DNA of 52,936 nucleotides from Chiloscyllium plagiosum. Taxonomy: Eukaryota. Positions within the stretch are counted from its first letter, which is position 1. Every line of letters begins with the position of its first letter. The stretch lies in assembly GCF_004010195.1 (NCBI RefSeq), contig NC_057759.1, positions 5,921,019-5,973,954 on the forward strand, in the 5' to 3' direction. This document shows positions 11,011 to 24,089 of this stretch, piece by piece. Position numbers and translations under genes: made by a program. The notes under the pieces are model-generated. The model saw only the letters and a list, made by a program, of their open reading frames with translations, had not been told where the DNA came from and did not search any database.

Positions 11011-12930
11011 CACTAGCGAATGTATGAAATGTATTTATCAACCAGTCCCTGCAGTTTCCTCTATGTGGATACATGAGTTCAGTTATCAATCTGCACCTGT
11101 ATGTTTATGCTGTGTGAATGTATAAGTCACCTCTCAACCTTCTTCTCTCTAATGAAGCCTGAAGTCCCTCAGCCTTTCCACATAAGGCATTCCCTCCAGA
11201 CCAGGCAACAGCCCAGTAAATCACTTATGAACCCTTTCCAAAGCTTCCACGTCCTTACTGTGATGCGGGGACGAGAACTGGATGCAATTTTCCAAGTGCG
11301 GCCACGCCAGAGTTTTGTAGAGCTGCAGCATGACCTCATGGTTCCAAAACTCAACCCCTCTCCCAATAAAAGCTAACCACCATATGCCTTCTTAACAACC
11401 CTATCAACCTGGGTGGCAGCTTTCAAGGATCAATGTACATGTTTCTGCTCATCGACACTACCAAGAACCTTACCATTAGACCAGTACTCCTTCCAAAGTG
11501 GATCATCTCCCACTTTTCCACATTAAACTCCATTTGCCACCTCTCAGCCCAACTCTGCAGCTTATCTATGTACCTGTGTAACCTGCAACATCCTTCAGCA
11601 CTGTCCGCAACTCCACTGACCGAAGTATCATCCGCAAATTTGCAAACCCATCCTTCTATGCCCTCACCCAAAACAGATCCTTGTGGTACACCACTAGTAA
11701 CTGACACCAGGATGAACATTTCCCATCAACCACCATCCTCTGGCTAGCTGAAAGAAGACAATCTCTGAGCCAAACCGCTAAATCACCCTCAATCCCATGC
11801 CTCCATATTTTGTGCAATAGCCTACAGTTGGGAACCTTACTGAAAACACCTAACTAAACACTTTTCTGAAATCCATATACATCGCATCAACTGCTTTACC
11901 CTTATCCACTGTTTGGTCACCTTGTCAAAGAACTCATTACGGTTAGTGAAGCACGACCTACCCTTCACAAAACCATATTGGCTATTCCTAATCAACTTAC
12001 TCCGTTCGAGATGATTATAAATCCTGTCTATTCTAGCCTTTTCCAACATTTTACCCGCAAACGAAGAAAGGCTCACTGATCTGTAATTACCAGGGTGGAC
12101 TCTATTCCCCTTCTTGAACAAATGGACAACATTTGCTATCTTCCGGTCTTGTGGCACTATTCCTGAAGACTATGACGACATAAAGATCAAAGCCCAAGGC
12201 TCTGCAATCTCCTCCCTGGCTTCCCAGAGAATCCTAGGATAAATCCCATCTGGCCCAGCGGGTTATCCATTTTCACACTTCCCAGAATTGCTAACACCTC
12301 CACCTTGTGAACCTAAATCCCATCTAGTCTAGTAGCCTGTAACTCCGTATTCTTGTCGACAACATTGTCTTTTTCCAGTGTGAATACCGATGAAATATAT
12401 TCATTTAGCACTTCTCCTATCTCCTTGGACTCCACGCACAACTTCCCAAACCTGTCCTTGATTGACCCAAATCTAATTCTACTCATTCTTTTGTTCCTGA
12501 TCTAGCTATAGAAAGCTTTAGGTTTTTCCTTAATCCTGTCTTTCAAAGACTTCTCTTGTCCCCTCCTGGCTCCTCTTAGGTCTCTCTTTCGGTCTTTCCT
12601 GGCTAGCTTATAACTCTCAAGCGCCCTAACTGTGCCTTCACATCTCATCGTAATGTAAGCCGCCTTCCTCTTGACAAGCGATCAACTTCCTTAGTAAACT
12701 ACGGTTCCCTCACTCATCCACTTCCTCCCTGCCTGACAGGTACATACTAATCAAGGACATGCAGTAGCTGTTCCTTGAATAAGCTCCACATTTTAATTGT
12801 GCCTGCAGTTTCCTTTCCCATCCTATGCATCATAAATCTCACCTAATTGCATCATAACTGTCTTTTCCCCCAGTTATAAATCTTGCCCTGCAGTAAATAC
12901 CTATTCCTTTCCTTCACTAAAGTAAACATA

Positions 12931-14552
12931 AAGTAAAGTAGGGGAGAGGCCATTCTTGACTTAGTGCTCGGAAACGAGCCGGGGCAGGTATCAGATCTTG
13001 TGGTGGGAGAGCATTTTGGTGATAGTGACCACAACTGCCTCACATTCTACACAGCTATGGAGAAGGAGAGGATTAGGCAAAATGGGAGGATATTTAATTG
13101 GGGAAGAGGAAACTATGATGCGATTAGACATGAGTTAGGAAGCATGGATTGGGAGCAATTGTTCCATGGTAAAGGCACTATAGACATGTGGAAGAACAGT
13201 TTAAGGAACAGTTGTTGCAAGTGATGAATAAATATGTCGCTCTGAGACAGACAATAAGTGGTAAGATAAAGGAACCATGGATGAGGAGAGCGGTGGAGCT
13301 TCTCGTCAAAAGGAAGAAGGTAGCTTACATAAGGTGGAGGAAGCTCGGGTCAAGCTCAGCTTTAGAGGATTACAGGCAGGCGAGGAGGGAGCTAAAAAAT
13401 GGTCTGAGGAGAGCCAGGAGAGGACACGAGAAAGGCTTGGCAGAACAGATTAGGGAGAACACATAATATACAGATTAGAACTCGAGAGTGTAGTGCTGGA
13501 AAAGCACAGCAGGTCAGACAGCATCTGAAGAGAATTGATGCTTCTGGCGTAAGCCCTTCATTCTGATGAAGGGCTTATACCCGAAACGTCAATTCTTCTG
13601 CCCCTCAGATTCTGCCTCACCTGCTGTGCTTTTCCAGCACCATACTTTTCGACTAACAGGAGAATAGTGTTGAGAAATAGATCCGCCATAATTGAATGGT
13701 GGAGCACACTCGAAGGGCTCAATGGTCTAATTCTGTTACTGTATCTTATGGTCTTATGGCATGGCATTTGGCTAAGTGGACAAAACAGTGACAAATGGCG
13801 TTCAATCTGGCTAAAAGCAGGTGGTTACACATTTGGAGAAGGCAAGCAAATCAGGGGAAGGCACAATAAACAGGAGGGTATTGAGGGGGGAAAGGAAGTG
13901 AGGAACCTTGCAGTGTATCCCTTAAAATGGCCACCCAAGTGGACATGGTTGTTAAGAAAGCATATGGTTGTTAAGAAAGCAGGGGGATTGAGTTTAAGAG
14001 TCGTGAGATCTTGTTGCAGCTCTATAAAACTTTGGTTAGACCGCACTTGGAATACTGCGTCCAGTTCTGGTCATCCTATTATAAGAAAGATGTGGATGTT
14101 TTGGAGAGGGTTCAGAGGAGGTTTACCAAGATGCTGCCTGGACTAAAGGACTTATCTTATGAGGAGAGGTTGACTGAGCTCAAACTTTTATCATTAGAGA
14201 AAAGGAGGAGAAGAGGGGACCTAATTGAGATATACAAGATAATGCGAGGCATAGATAGAGTCGATAGCCAGAGACTATTTCCCAGGGCAGAAATGACTAA
14301 CACGAGGGGTCACAGTTTGAAGCTGGTTGGAGGAAAGTATAGAGGGGATGTCAGAGGCGGGTTCTTTACACAGAGAGTTGTGAGAACATGGAATGCGTTG
14401 CCAGCAGCAGTTGTGGAGGCAGGGTCATTGGGGACATTTAAGAGACTCCTGGACATGCATATGGTCACAGAAATTTGAGGGTGCATACATGAGGATCAGT
14501 GGTTCGCACAACATCGTGGGCTGAAGGGCTTGTTCTGTGCTGTACTGTTCAA
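12931..14552 (+). mobile_element. CR1 LINE (endonuclease end, internal deletion, RT C-terminus, 3' UTR) nested in opposite orientation
   Basis: LGNEPGQVSDLVVGEHFGDSDHN; LYKTLVRPHLEYCVQFWS...WNALP; host CR1 resumes at ~14555. Confidence 0.9.
13563..13590 (+). ncRNA. Minimal type I hammerhead ribozyme motif in a Penelope-like palindromic insert (~13475-13655)
   Basis: CTGATGA-A-GGG(CTTATA)CCC-GAAAC-GTC with a 3-bp stem I (att/aat) and palindromic ACGT stem III. Confidence 0.7.
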
Positions 14553-16099
14553 TATAACCGAATTTTGGTCACTTTCACCAAAGCGCTCACCTAAGATCTG
14601 GCTGGGTTCATTACCCAGTACCAAAATCATTGTGGCCTCGCCCCTGGTTGGCCTGTTTACATACTGTGTCAGGAAACTCTTCTGCACACATTGTTCATAA
14701 ACTGATCCATCTGAAGTACTCAAATTATTGTATTTCCAGTCAAGAAATTGAAAGTTAAAGTCCTCCATAACAACTACCCTGTTACACTCGCTCTGATCCA
14801 GAATCATCTTTACAAGCCTTTCCTCTATATCCCTGGAACTATTCTGAGGCCTGTAGAAAACTCCTAACAGGGTGACCTCTCCTTTCCTGTTTCTAACCTC
14901 AGCCCAGACTACCTCATTAGACGAGTCCTCAAGCATCCTTTCTGCCACCATAATACTGTCCTTGACTAACAATGCCATACCTTCCCCTCTTCTACTATCT
15001 TCTCTGTTCTTACTGAAACATCAAAATTCCGGAGCCTACGACAACTACTCCTGTCCCTGCTCGATCCATGTCTCCGAAATGGCACAACCTGAAAGTCCCA
15101 GGTACAAACCCTTCCTTCAAGTTCACCCACGTTATTCCGGATGCTCCTGACGTTGAAGTAGACACACTTCAAACCACCTTCCTGCTTGCGAGTGCACACT
15201 TTCGACGTTGAAACCATATTTCTGACCTGACTATGCTCAACCTCTGGACACGGTAACCACAATTTAGGTTCCTGAACCCCTACTGAATTTGTTTAATCCC
15301 TCCCGAAGAGCATTAGCAAACTTTCCCGAGGATATTGGTACTACTTTGCTTCAGGTATAGACCACCATGTTTGTCGAAGTCTCACCTACCCCAATTATCC
15401 AGGTATCTGAAACACTCCCTTTCACACTATCCCCTTCATCACTTGTTCAACTCCTCTCTCTCCCTAGCCCTTGCCTCGCTAGCACATGGCACGGGCAACA
15501 AGCCAGAGATAACAATTCTGCTTGTTCCAGCTCCAAGCTTCCACCCTAGCTCCCTGACTTTCTGTCTTAAATCCCCATCCCTTTTCCTACCTATGTTGTT
15601 AGTGTCTATGTGGGCCATGACTTGGGGCAGATCCCCCTCCCCCTCAAGATCTGAGACATCTTGAATCCTTGTACCTGGGGGGAAAAACACCAACCACGAG
15701 TCTCTCTCATTCCCACAGAACTTCCTAGATGTCCCTTCAACCAAGGAGAACCCAATGACGAATGCACTCTTCCTCTCCTCTCTTCCTTCCCCCTCCCCCA
15801 CCCCGAGGTGTGACTATGTCTTGGTAACTCCCCACAAGATAACATAGATTTCTAAAGCTGCTCATTTTTCTTTTTACAAGAAGAATTCAAAAGTTTCATT
15901 TTTCAAAAAGTTTAGTTTGGCTGTTCCGATTTGCACCACTGCATGAGAGAAAATCATTGCTTCCTCCTGTCCTTTGTAGAGCCACACAAATGCCCCAATG
16001 ATGGTGAGCACCATCAGAATACAGTGCAGGGTAATTAACACCTACCTTTACTTCAACAGTCTTCAAGTGCACTGAAAAAAAAAACTAATTATAACCTTT

Positions 16100-17070
16100 G
16101 TCACTTGGGCCAAGAGGTGACAGATTCAGTTTCATTTAGATACGTGTGAGGTGTTAGATTTTGATTAAGACAAACCAGGGCAGGACTTATACACTTAATG
16201 GTGGGGCCTTTGCAAGTGTTGCTGAGCAAAGAGACTGAGGGGTGCAGCTGCATATTTTTTTGAAAGTAGAGTCACAGGTAGACAGGGCAGTGAAGACAAT
16301 ATTTGGCATGCTTTCTTTCGTTGGTCAGAACATTGAGTGTAGGAGTTGGTATGTCATCTGGTGGCTGTACAGGACATTAGTGATGCCACTTTTATGGGAT
16401 TGCGTACAATGCTCATCACCCTTTTCCAGGAAGGATGTTGCTAAACTTTAGATGCTGCAGAAAAGATTTACAAGGATGTTATAGCGATATAGAGTCATAC
16501 AGCATAGAAACAGATCCTTCAGCCCAACATGTCCATGATGTCCAACAAACACCAAACTGCATTCATCCTAGTTATCTGCACTTGGTCAATTGCTGACTGT
16601 GCCCTGGTTTCTTAAGGGCATATCCAGATACTGCTTAAATGCTGTGAGAGTATTCCAACACACACTCAGGCAGCATATTACAAACTTTACCCACCATCTA
16701 GGTCAAAATATTTTTCTCAGATATCCTCTAAACTTTTTTCCCTACAACTTCAACTTTTGCCCTCTGGTCTCAAGCACATCTGCCAAGGGGAGAAAGACTC
16801 TCACAATGTACTCTGTCTGCATCTTTCACAATTTAGTATATCTCAGTCAGATCCTCCCTCAACCTCCTCAGCTCCAAGGAAACCAAACCCAGCTCATACG
16901 GTCTCCCCTTTTAACGGAGACTTTCCAACCCACTGCATCCTCTCCAGCCAACCCCACCCTTCTAATTGTGTGGCAATCAGAACTGCATACAGTATTTGAT
17001 CTGTTTTATAAAGCTGGAATCAGACTTCCTTCCTCTTATATTCAACAGCTCCGGAAAGCATTCTTTATGC
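16100..17070. mobile_element. Two CR1 fragments: RT C-terminus (+, ~16100-16485) and 3' end (-, ~16490-17070)
   Basis: LYRTLVMPLLWDCVQ; reverse-strand CR1 3' UTR starting agagtcatacagcatagaaacag. Confidence 0.8.
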
Positions 17071-17772
17071 TGCCTTCATCATACAGCCTACAGCTTACTC
17101 ACTCAGTAAGGCAGAATGATACCATTGAACAAGCCACTCCAAGGACCCAGTCTGTTCTCATTCGAAACAGTTCTGACAAGCAGACCGAAGGTTCGGTAAA
17201 TGAATAACTCCAGCCACATTAAATGAAAGGGTAATTGTCCCAGTTACTGAACAGACACCAGGTGCTAGCTACAGCCCATTAATGCCCTAAAACAGCTGAC
17301 GGTGCAACAGCTAAAGTTATAGTACTCAGTTTCTTGAAATAAGTTTGAATATTAAGAAAAAGGTTCTTGTAAAGAGTCTTACCATCATCACCATATTTTT
17401 CAGCATAAAAAATAAGTGTGTAATACCAAAGCATAAAGAGGAAAAGAAGCATTTAAACCTGGAAGGGAAGGTTAGCTAGCTTTAGGTAATGCCTTCTCTT
17501 ATGCCTAGTACAAAATAGATTGCTCACGGCCTATTAATCAGAGTGCTAACAATTGGGGCAAATAAATTTACACTTTGTAGCTAACTTTTTATAACAAAAG
17601 TTAAAATTACAAGTCAATGGCAAGTAAGTCAAAACAAACTGTCCTTTGTTTTTTCTTCATATATTCCCCATTGCCCTAATTATATCAGAGCAGCAATTGA
17701 ACTTGATAAAATGGAATACAATGAATAACAATATTCAAGCTGTCCTGAGAGACAAGCTAGCCTGAGAGATGT

Positions 17773-18099
17773 GGGCGGCACGGTGGTACAGTGGTTAGCA
17801 CTGCTGCCTCACAACGGCAGAGACCCGGGTTCAATTCCCGCCTCAGGCGACTGACTGTGTGGAGTTTGCACATTCTCCCCGTGTCTGCGTGGGTTTCCTC
17901 CGGGTGCTCCGGTTTCCTCCCACAGTCCAAAGATGTGCAGGTGAGGTGAATTGGCCATGCTAAATTGCCCCTAGTGTTAGGTAAGGGGTAAATGTAGGGG
18001 TATGGGTGGGTTGCACTTCGGCGGGTCAGTGTGGACTTGTTGGGCCGAAGGGCCTGTTTCCACACTAATCTAATCGAATCTGATCATAATCTAATCTAA
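17773..18099 (+). mobile_element. HE1-like V-SINE, full length
   Basis: A/B boxes, V-domain, (taatc)n tail; nearly identical to 40030-40346. Confidence 0.92.
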
Positions 18100-18109
18100 A
18101 ACCCAAAGA

Positions 18110-18485
18110 TGTATCACAAATAACTTTGGGATGTGAATTAATAGGATGAAAAGAAAGATTGCAAGACCTGGAGATTAGTTTCCGTGAAACAGAGGTCAGG
18201 GGTTCTGGGGTTGTGCAAAGAAATGCCCACCATTGATTAGGTGTCTCATGGAATAGGGTATGCAAAGTAAGATCATTGTAATCAAGTTTCTGATTGTTAT
18301 TATAAAATTTATAAAAATATTGCTTTTTATTGTAAAATCAGTGTGTGTCATGGACCTCTCTTCTGAGGCCAGTCTCTGAGGACGATGCTTTGGTCTTCTG
18401 GTTGAATAAACACCTACCACTTGCCTGAATGCTGCCTGCCTACCTGCTGAGTCTTTCATCCTCAGTCGGAGGTTATGCTCTGACA
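18110..18485 (+). mobile_element. Possible solo LTR
   Basis: TG...CA ends, TATAAAA near 18302 and AATAAA near 18405; TSD imperfect (aaga/aagg). Confidence 0.35.
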
Positions 18486-18575
18486 AAGGCCATACAGAAG
18501 TCCATGTAAACCACATCAACTGCACTACTGTCATCAGTATGTTTCATTGCCAGGATTGGAGGGTTTGAGTTATAG

Positions 18576-19493
18576 AGTAACAGAGATGTACAGTGTGGAA
18601 ACAGACCCTTCGGTCCAACCAGTCCATGCCAACCAGATAACCCAACCCAAGATTGGAGGGTTTGAGTTTTATAGAGTAACAGATGTACAGTGTGGAAACA
18701 GACCCTTCGGTCCAACCAGTCCATGCCAACCAGATAACCCAACTCAATCTTGTCCCACCTGCCAGCACCCAGCCCATATCCCTCCAAACCCTTCTTATTC
18801 ATATACCCATACAAATGCTTCTTAAATGTTGCAATTATACCAGCCTCCACCACTTCCTCTGGCAGCTCAATCCATACCAATACCACCCTCTGTTGAAAAA
18901 GTTGCCCCTTAGATCTCTCTTATATCTTTTCCCTCTCACCTAAACCTATGTCCTCTAGTTCTGGACTCCCCAACCCCAGGGAAAAGACTTTGCCTCTTTA
19001 CCCTATCCATGCCCCTCATAATTTTGTAAACCTCTGTAAGGTCACCTCTCAGCCTCCGATGCTCCAGGGAAAACAGTCCCAGCCTGTTCAGCCTCTCCCT
19101 ATATCTCAAATCCTCCAACCCTGGCAACATCTTTGTAAATCCTTTCTGAACCCTTTCAAGTTTCACAACATCAGAATGCAGAGACCAGAATTGCGCACAA
19201 TATTTCAACAGTGGTCTAACCAATGTCCTGAACAGCCACAACATGATCTCCCAACTCCTGTACTCAGTACTCTGACCAATAAACGAAAGCATACCAAATG
19301 CCTTCATCACTATCCCAACTACTTGCAAATCCACTTTCAAGGAGCTATGAACCTGCACTCCAAGGTCTCTTTGTTCAGCAACACTCCCTTGGACCTTACC
19401 ATTAAGTGTATAAATCCTGCTAAGATTTGCTTTCCCAAAATGCAGCACCTTGCATTTATCTGAATTAAACTCCATCTGCCACTTCTCAGTCCA
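18576..19493 (-). mobile_element. Young 5'-truncated CR1 inserted into an older + strand CR1 (18545-20130), 11-bp TSD
   Basis: Long open RT C-terminal frame (WQMEFNSDKCKVLHFG...LFPGVGESRTRGH); ttgagttatag at 18565-18575 and 19494-19504. Confidence 0.9.
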
Positions 19494-19854
19494 TTGAGTT
19501 ATAGGGAGAGGCTGAACAGGTTGTTGCTGTGTTGCTTGGACTGTCTGAGAATGAGGTATGGCCTTTGTACTGGTTGAAAAAATCATGAGGGGCATGATAG
19601 GGTGATAGCCAAGGTATTTTCCCGAAAGTGGGTGCGTGCAAAAATAGAAGGCACAGATTTAAACTGTGGAAATAAGATTTTAAAATGACCTGAGGGGTTA
19701 CTTTATCAAATAGAGGGTGGTGCTTGTATGGAATGAGCTACCAGAGGAAGTGGAGATGATGGGTACAATTACAACATTTTATAGGCACCTGGATATGTAC
19801 AAGAATAGGAACAGTTTAGAGGGAGATGTGCCAAATGCTGATAAGTGGGAGTAG

Positions 19855-20040
19855 CCATGATGTGGAGGTGCTGGCGTTGGACTGGGGTGAACAAAGTTAA
19901 GAATCACACAACACCAGTTTATCGTGCAGCAGGTTTATATGGAAGCACTAGCTTTCAGTGCACTGCTCCTCCATCACTCTGAAAGCTAGTGCTTTTACAT
20001 AAACCTGTCGTAGAATGACCTGGTGTTGAGATTTTTAACT
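19855..20040. mobile_element. Penelope-like palindromic insert (family B)
   Basis: Inverted arms; minus strand reads TGATGG-aggagcagtgcact-GAAAGCTA; imperfect TSD aagtgggagtag / aaatgggactag. Confidence 0.65.
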
Positions 20041-21077
20041 TAAATGGGACTAGGTCGGATTAGGATCTCTGCTCAGCACTAACAACTTGGACCAAAGGAT
20101 CTGTTTCTGTACTGTACAACTTTATGACACTCTGAAGGCCACACCTTGATATCATTACTCCCAGTTAGACACTGCACTATCGGAGTTGCAAAGGTCCATT
20201 GCTTTTAGCTCTTTGACTCTGAAGAACAGCACAGATCCTTTCTGTGACAATGCGTTGGGGTTTCACTTACCTGTGAATCTTACAGACACAAACAGTCAAA
20301 GAAAATAAGGTCTTTCCCATTCACTTCAGGAAACATGAACTGAAAACTCTCTTTTGATAACTGGCTGTCCACTTAACAGCAAGCATTTAAACTGCTCAGT
20401 AACACAATGCAGGAAGATTGAAGCAGGATCAATCGAGTGTGGGCAACCTTCCTGTATCATAACAACTGTTTCTTTCAAAAATGTATTTTCTACATAAAAT
20501 CAGTGCATGTACACAACAGCCTGAGTAGTCAGCATTAAATTTTCGTTTCTAAGTTTTTCACTAGACAACATGGCTCTCTTCTGTTGACAGTCTGTCACAT
20601 CTGAGCTGAGTTTTGAAGGACAATAAGCCAAATCCATAGTCCCATTGAATAGCACAGACTGACAGGTCGATAATAATTCCTAAGTACACAAACTGTACAA
20701 GTGAATGGAAGAAACAAGATGAGTTCTGCACTCACAGAAGAACAAACAGTTGCAGACTGCACCAGTTATTGTCCCACACAGGTATAGATTCCACCCTACC
20801 CACCCATCCCCCCCCCGCCCCCATACCCACCTCGTCTGAACATTGCTGAATATTACAGTGCAATTTACCATCACTAATCCAGCTAACCTGTACATGTTTC
20901 AACTGTGGAAAGAAACTACAGCACCCAGAGGAAACTGTTTACCCCACCCCCCCCCCCCACCCCCATACCCACCTCGTCTGAACATTGCTGAATATTACAG
21001 TGCAATTTACCATCGCTAATCCAGCTAACCTGTACATGCTTCAACTGTGGAAAGAAACTACAGCACCCAGAGGAAAC

Positions 21078-21760
21078 TGTTTTGAAGATGTGGGTGTACT
21101 GTACATTTAAGAAAGTTATCAGCCAGTCGAACTACCGGACATCACCAAGTGTTCCGAACAAAAGTAACATTTGGCCGAACAACCCAAGTAGCTGTTTGCC
21201 TGAAGACAAAAACATTTGAATTCAAACAGTCATTTTAAATTATATCTGAAAAATATCAAATACCAATCCAGTTCGAATTGAGTACATTGACAGTCTTAAA
21301 AGCCAATGACACAGTCCGATGCTCTGGAGGTATAAGACTAGGGAAAATTGAACAGTTGGGAGGAGAATTGTGAAGCCAACAGCATGTAACAAGACTGCCT
21401 GAAAAATAGCTCTCTTAAAGGTATCCTTATCGATCAGTAACCTGTGAAGCACAATCCCCAAGAACATCAAAAGACAGGAATACAGAAAAGAACCGAAAGC
21501 TACCTGGTTTTGAGAAAAGTGTTGTTTTGTAAATCTTAATCAGGAGTTCTATCGGACTAGTATTATAGAAGATAAGTTAGAGGAAGGAGTTGTCAATAGT
21601 TTTTAGTTAATCACTGTCTGCTATACTTTAAAAAATAAAGCTGTTAAGCTTTACTTTAACTAGTTCTTGGCCTATCAAATTTTCAGATTACTGCATGAGA
21701 TAGATCTCTTCTCAGTTGCTACTTTTAAATTAGCAAAGGGGTTTACCCCGTGCCATAACA
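21078..21760 (+). mobile_element. Solo LTR (683 bp, Gypsy-type) inside a minus-strand V-SINE
   Basis: TG...CA termini, 4-bp TSD AAAC (21074-21077, 21761-21764); SINE sequence gaggaaac|caatgcagacatgggg rejoins across it; AATAAA near 21634. Confidence 0.85.
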
Positions 21761-21984
21761 AAACCAATGCAGACATGGGGAGCATGTCTGAGTGCAGTTT
21801 GCACAATGAGCCAAGGCTAGTATTGAAACTGGGTGCCTGGCACTAGTGTGCCACCATGCTACCTGGACATGGATGGCAATAGATAAAATCTTATTCACAT
21901 TGAGCAACAGAGATTTGAAGTAAAAAGAGCTCCTGCAGTTTCTGGGAAGTGTCATCATAAACAGAGCCAAATATTATAAGTACA

Positions 21985-22400
21985 CACTTATTCAACAAAG
22001 CACACACTGAAAGGTACAGATACTTTCAAATGCACTCATCCATTCATGTAGTTGGAACTGTCAGGTACAGATTGAAAACTGTGCTCATTCACATTGCAGA
22101 AACTGACAGGAGTAGATTTAAAACAATGTTCTCATATTCATTAAAAAAAACTGACAGGTACATTTTGATAACACTCTCATTCTCAAAGCTGAGGACACAC
22201 AAGCAGATAAAAATTTCTCATTTTTCTTATTGTCTTCAGCTTTGAGACATTTACACTGACACAACCCTGAAAGAAATTAATAACTGTAGTGTATACCCTG
22301 CATGACAGAAATGAGAGGCATCATTCACCTTTCACTTTATCTCTAACTTACTGAGTGCTCACAGATCACATACTGACAGATTCAATTACAAGTCACCGTA
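21985..22400 (+). repeat. ~49-bp minisatellite, block 3
   Basis: Units such as gcagaaactgacaggagtagatt and actgacaggtacattttgataacactctcattc. Confidence 0.7.
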
Positions 22401-23517
22401 ACATAACAGAAATGGAGTAAAAAAAACATTCATTTCATCTGAAAGTTAGTAATGTTGGGATATTTGCTCTCTCACATGCCAGTGGTTGACAGAAACTGAG
22501 TAAAAACAAGATTAGAAACAACAAACTGGCAGTTACAGAATGAAATACGGAGTCAGTTGCAAAACAATGGATTGTCAGGATACAATGCAGCTATCCACTG
22601 GTGAGAAACTGACATAAACAGTGTGACATCAGCAGTAACATTGTTATTGCCAGTTTCTGCAATGTACAATATATTGCCCCTTACCAAATGCTGCAATTAT
22701 AAATATAAACTTACTGTCAATGCGCAGAAGCTGATATTCAAAAGATATGGTGGGGAGGGGAGGGAGTCATGCCTGAGACTGTCCAAAGTGGTGTTTGGTC
22801 ACACTCAGAATTGTAGATACTAAATGAGAAACATTCTTATGTTAATGACAGACACCTCAAGAGTAAAAACAAGTTACACTTCAGGTTTGAGTTACGGTCC
22901 AGTAACATACTGACATGTTAAGACTGTCAAATAGAGGAAACAAAAATGCTTTACCTCCCAGAAATGGATAAGCACAGATTGGAGGAACATTTCTAAGTGG
23001 CAGGCAAATGGTGTAAAGTTTTACCGCTTACATCAGTGTTTGGTGGATACAGAATAAAACCTGTCTTGAAGTAACACGAATTGACTATTACACAGAGGAC
23101 CAGAGCCTCAATGGACAGGTTTGAATTCATGCCAAATGTCTAAATAAGGACTCTACAGATACAAAGTTAAAGTGACACACATATAGCATGCTAACGGTTG
23201 CTGGTTAACAGGTATTCGTATGAGACTGAGAAATGCTCTAAATCCCTGCATGAAAGTTCAATGCTCCTAAATTAAAAAGAGCGGCAACGTGGTTCAGATC
23301 CACTGTAGTTATTTGCAAAACACACAGTTACAGATCGGTCTCTGGGCCCACAGTTAGCAATCAAGTTCTCAGAAATATACTAATCCCACTGTCAAGACAG
23401 ACATTCTCAACCCGTGACTCAAGAAAAGTTTTAAACAGATACTTTTCTTCATCTCTCTCCAACTCCGTGCAGTTGAGAACGAGTTCCATCAACCCCAAAC
23501 CTAGAAAACACACAGTC

Positions 23518-23840
23518 TTAGAATCCCTACAGTGTAGAATTAAGCACTTCGGCCCAACAAGTCCACACCGACCCTCTGAAGAGTAATCCACCCAGACGCA
23601 TTCCTCATTTTTCTGCATTTACCCCAAATTAATGCACCTAACCTACACATCCCAGAACATTATGGGCAGTCAGCATGGCCAATTCACCTTCCTGTATGTC
23701 TGAATTGAGAGGGGAAAACTAAGCACCCGGAGGAAACACACTCAAACACGGGGACAATGTGCAAATTCCATGCAGACAGTTGTCCAAAACTGGAATCGAA
23801 ACAGGGTCCCTGGCGCGGAGAGGCAGCAGGGCTAATTACT
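23518..23840 (-). mobile_element. HE1-like V-SINE
   Basis: Reverse complement of the V-domain and tRNA head. Confidence 0.85.
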
Positions 23841-24089
23841 AATAAAATTGGCAAGCTCAGTGTTAATTCCAGCCCAGAGAGAGGACCAGAAACAGACATG
23901 CGGAACTAGAAACACACCCTTCCACTCCCACATCATCACAACAACGAGCAAAAGGAAACCGAGCCAATACCACAGTCACTTTGTGTGACAGACACAAAAC
24001 AAATCTCCCTCAGTCAGACTGACAGGAACAGAATCACCATCCACTTCACATTTCGTTGCAGATTCTGACGGATCCACATTGCGTCCCAC

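Larger units (their letters stand above)
11125..15830 (-). mobile_element. Long, internally deleted CR1 LINE (ORF1 SGNH-esterase-like, ORF2 APE and RT), interrupted at ~12931-14552
   Basis: ORF1 VIGFSLVEGT...PGTRIQDV...HIDTNNIG; ORF2 GVFYRP, MEDFN, GNYRSVSL, GVPQGSVLG, KFADDT. Confidence 0.9.

Noticed and set aside
16590..17207. 205-aa + strand ORF
   Set aside because: Mostly antisense of a CR1 3' end; no recognisable protein features.
15965..17290. Minus-strand hydrophobic peptide VLITLHCILMVLTIIGAFVWLYKGQ and a possible exon at ~17103-17287, suggesting a tetraspanin-like relic
   Set aside because: It needs several frameshifts and stops and lacks a proper donor; no family motif could be confirmed without a search.
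17326..17391. Minus-strand GTGATGA...CTGA, like a C/D box snoRNA
   Set aside because: No terminal stem and no recognisable rRNA antisense element.
17773..17845. tRNA-like sequences at SINE heads (also 6752, 40030)
   Set aside because: They continue into the V-domain and LINE tail, so they are SINE heads and not tRNA genes.
20271..20339. Minus-strand 69-nt exon-like segment encoding MGKTLFSLTVCVCKIH, like a leader peptide
   Set aside because: The paralog at ~35460-35530 has stops, and no V exon or recombination signal sequence was found.
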